Below are positions 62,344 through 64,000 of a DNA stretch of 64,000 bases, piece after piece. The notes beneath the pieces were generated by a model. The model was not told the origin of the DNA and searched no databases. It saw only the letters and a program-made list of their open reading frames with translations. The first letter of the stretch is position 1. Every line of letters starts with the position of its first letter. Both the position numbers and the translations under genes were made by a program. The DNA comes from Octopus sinensis (lineage: Eukaryota). The stretch lies in assembly GCF_006345805.1 (NCBI RefSeq), contig NC_043013.1:36704001-36768000 (forward strand). The letters are read 5' to 3'.

Positions 62344-64000
62344 GCTCCGAAAGTCTGGAGGATCGTCATCCCCAGCCAACCATGACCCTTCCTATGACAA
62401 CATTGTGTAGCTCCAACAACGATGACACTCTTCCAGCCCCGGCACAGCAACAGCAACAGCCTCAACAACAACAGCAAACACAGCATTGTTTCAGCAGCTC
62501 GGCAAAGATGGCTGATTCAATCGACCCATTTGGTTTGAATATCAGCAAGTCAGAACATTCATTCAGTCCAGTGTTGTCTGGCTCCACGACAAATGGTGTG
62601 TCCAGTCTGAGCACACTATCCGTGAATGCTTCCAAGGATGTTCGGGATGCACAATTTGTTCCAATTAATCATGCGTCTTCCATTAACGACGCCGAAGAAT
62701 CAAGCATCGAAAGGTCGTCAGACCATGACGACGAGCCTGTGGAGTGTGGAGAATGCAACAAAGAGTTCTTGACTTTGCAGGAATACATGGAGCACCCGTG
62801 TGCCCGGTCTGAATCAGGTAGTCGGGTTGGTCGTGAGGAGAATCAAGGTTCAATTAGCGATAATGAATTGAGTGATGGGGAGAGTTTTGATGGCAGGATT
62901 GTGTATAATCCTGATGGCTCTGCCTACATAATTGAGGGCGCTGATTCGGACCAGAGTGATATAGACTCCATTGTGGATGTACCACAGCAAGAGGGTAGTA
63001 TAATTGTGAAAAAGGGCAAAGTTGAGGACAGCAAGGCTTCCGTTTATCCGCAGATAGCAAATGCTTTCTTTGTTCCTAGGAACACAGCTTCTTTTTTCAA
63101 TAATTTCTACATGGTGTCTGCTCAGAAATACATGCCCGATGCGCCGATCATGCATAGCTATCGTGTTTATGATGTTCGCTCAGCCAAGAAAGATTTGCTG
63201 AACGAGGGTAAGAGTGGAGACGACTGTTCAGAAAGTAATGAGAAATCTGCCATCCGATGTGAGGATAGCATATCTACCTCAAATGCTGGGGCAGCTACTG
63301 TCCCTACAAAACCAATTCTCATGTGCTTTATATGTAAACTTTCATTTGGTTATACAAAGTCTTTCATTGCCCACGCCATCGGAGAGCATTCAATGGATCT
63401 GAATGAGGAAGAAAAAGCAATAATGTCTCGGAAAAATGCGTCGGCGATTATTCAAGGAGTAGGTAAACACAAAAAGCCCCTTATGTCATTCCTTGAACCC
63501 AATCCAACTCCTGTCCCAGAAACTACAGTGTTATCCAACCCTAGGCATTTAACAAATTCTCATCCAACGTCAACTGTTTGTAGTACATCGGTTGATAAGG
63601 ATAGTTCTACATCTGTCATTTATAGCCACGGACGTCCAAATACGTCTGAAAAACTCACATCATCTAGACATTTTCACCCACAGAACTGTTCTATACCTTC
63701 ACAAGACTTAACTTCTCATATAACACATGGCCTGTCAGCGAACAGCGAGGCCGCAATCACTAGCGCAGCAGCCACGACTTTGTCATCGACGCAGCTTCAA
63801 CTGGCCACGTCAGTTGGTTGCCAGTTGACACCAGCTGCTGTGGAAACGACTACAACTGCTGCAGTCACCCCCGAAATCTCTAACCCCCATAATGAGGCCT
63901 CTATAGGAGACTCAAAAGTCCCTTCATCATCATCACCATCATCATCATCACACTTAGAGTTGGAGAGAGCGACTGTCAGTGATTCGGTCCCTCTCCCTTA
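62325..64000 (+). CDS. ZFHX3/4 (zfh2): Zinc finger homeobox protein (ZFHX3/ZFHX4/zfh2 family), first coding exon, open at the window end (558 codons visible)
   Basis: Manual translation from ATG 62325 (AGGATGG context) has no stop to 64000: MDIPGLSSES...VECGECNKEFLTLQEYMEHPC...FDGRIVYNPDGSAYIIE...PIMHSYRVYDVR...KPILMCFICKLSFGYTKSFIAHAIGEHSMDLNEEEKAIMSRKNASAIIQGVGKHKKPLMSFLEP. These four blocks match, in order, the N-terminal motifs I recall from vertebrate ZFHX3/ZFHX4 (CNEC..SF.SLQ.YMEHHC; GEIVYQPDGSAY; P.LHSFRV; LMCFLCKLSFGY..SF..HA..DH.M.L...E...LS.K..SAIIQGIGKDKEPL.SFLEP). The final partial codon (TA) is cut by the window. Confidence 0.93.
   Translation, partial: MDIPGLSSESLEDRHPQPTMTLPMTTLCSSNNDDTLPAPAQQQQQPQQQQQTQHCFSSSAKMADSIDPFGLNISKSEHSFSPVLSGSTTNGVSSLSTLSVNASKDVRDAQFVPINHASSINDAEESSIERSSDHDDEPVECGECNKEFLTLQEYMEHPCARSESGSRVGREENQGSISDNELSDGESFDGRIVYNPDGSAYIIEGADSDQSDIDSIVDVPQQEGSIIVKKGKVEDSKASVYPQIANAFFVPRNTASFFNNFYMVSAQKYMPDAPIMHSYRVYDVRSAKKDLLNEGKSGDDCSESNEKSAIRCEDSISTSNAGAATVPTKPILMCFICKLSFGYTKSFIAHAIGEHSMDLNEEEKAIMSRKNASAIIQGVGKHKKPLMSFLEPNPTPVPETTVLSNPRHLTNSHPTSTVCSTSVDKDSSTSVIYSHGRPNTSEKLTSSRHFHPQNCSIPSQDLTSHITHGLSANSEAAITSAAATTLSSTQLQLATSVGCQLTPAAVETTTTAAVTPEISNPHNEASIGDSKVPSSSSPSSSSHLELERATVSDSVPLP
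62745..62801 (+). other. Atypical zinc finger (C-x2-C-x12-H-x-C) within the ZFHX ORF
   Basis: CGECNKEFLTLQEYMEHPC, equivalent to the first finger-like motif of ZFHX3/4. Confidence 0.75.
63324..63389 (+). other. C2H2 zinc finger (C-x2-C-x12-H-x4-H) within the ZFHX ORF
   Basis: CFICKLSFGYTKSFIAHAIGEH. Confidence 0.85.

Noticed and set aside
62850-63402. ORFs 62850-63155 (-), 62854-63060 (+) and 63214-63402 (+)
   Set aside because: Antisense or out-of-frame shadows of the ZFHX coding exon.

Overview
AT-rich, microsatellite-dense eukaryotic genomic DNA. The dispersed repeat families resemble those of Octopus genomes (inference from recognition, no search run). The only convincing protein-coding sequence is at the far right: a splice acceptor at 62270, a 54-nt 5' UTR segment with three uAUGs, and an uninterrupted + strand ORF from 62325 to the window edge (558 codons). 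It encodes the N-terminus of a ZFHX3/ZFHX4 (ATBF1/zfh2) zinc-finger homeobox factor. The ORF track missed it because no stop codon falls inside the window. The preceding ~62 kb is most simply a giant first intron or upstream regulatory domain. It holds tRNA-derived SINEs, RTE, Hero-like and Penelope-like retroelement remnants, piggyBac and hAT MITEs, micro- and minisatellites, and several unique islands with dense transcription-factor motifs. Best second-look signals: a type I hammerhead-ribozyme-like motif (~7036-7100), a cluster of GTCAYRTGAC (MiT/TFE-type) and TGACA sites (~37560-38340), a paired AAAGGTCA palindrome plus four GGAATG sites (13139-13259), a Hero-like LINE 3' end (23640-23847), and the three-frame uORF cluster before the ZFHX start. 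Nearly all ORFs in the supplied track are microsatellite translations.
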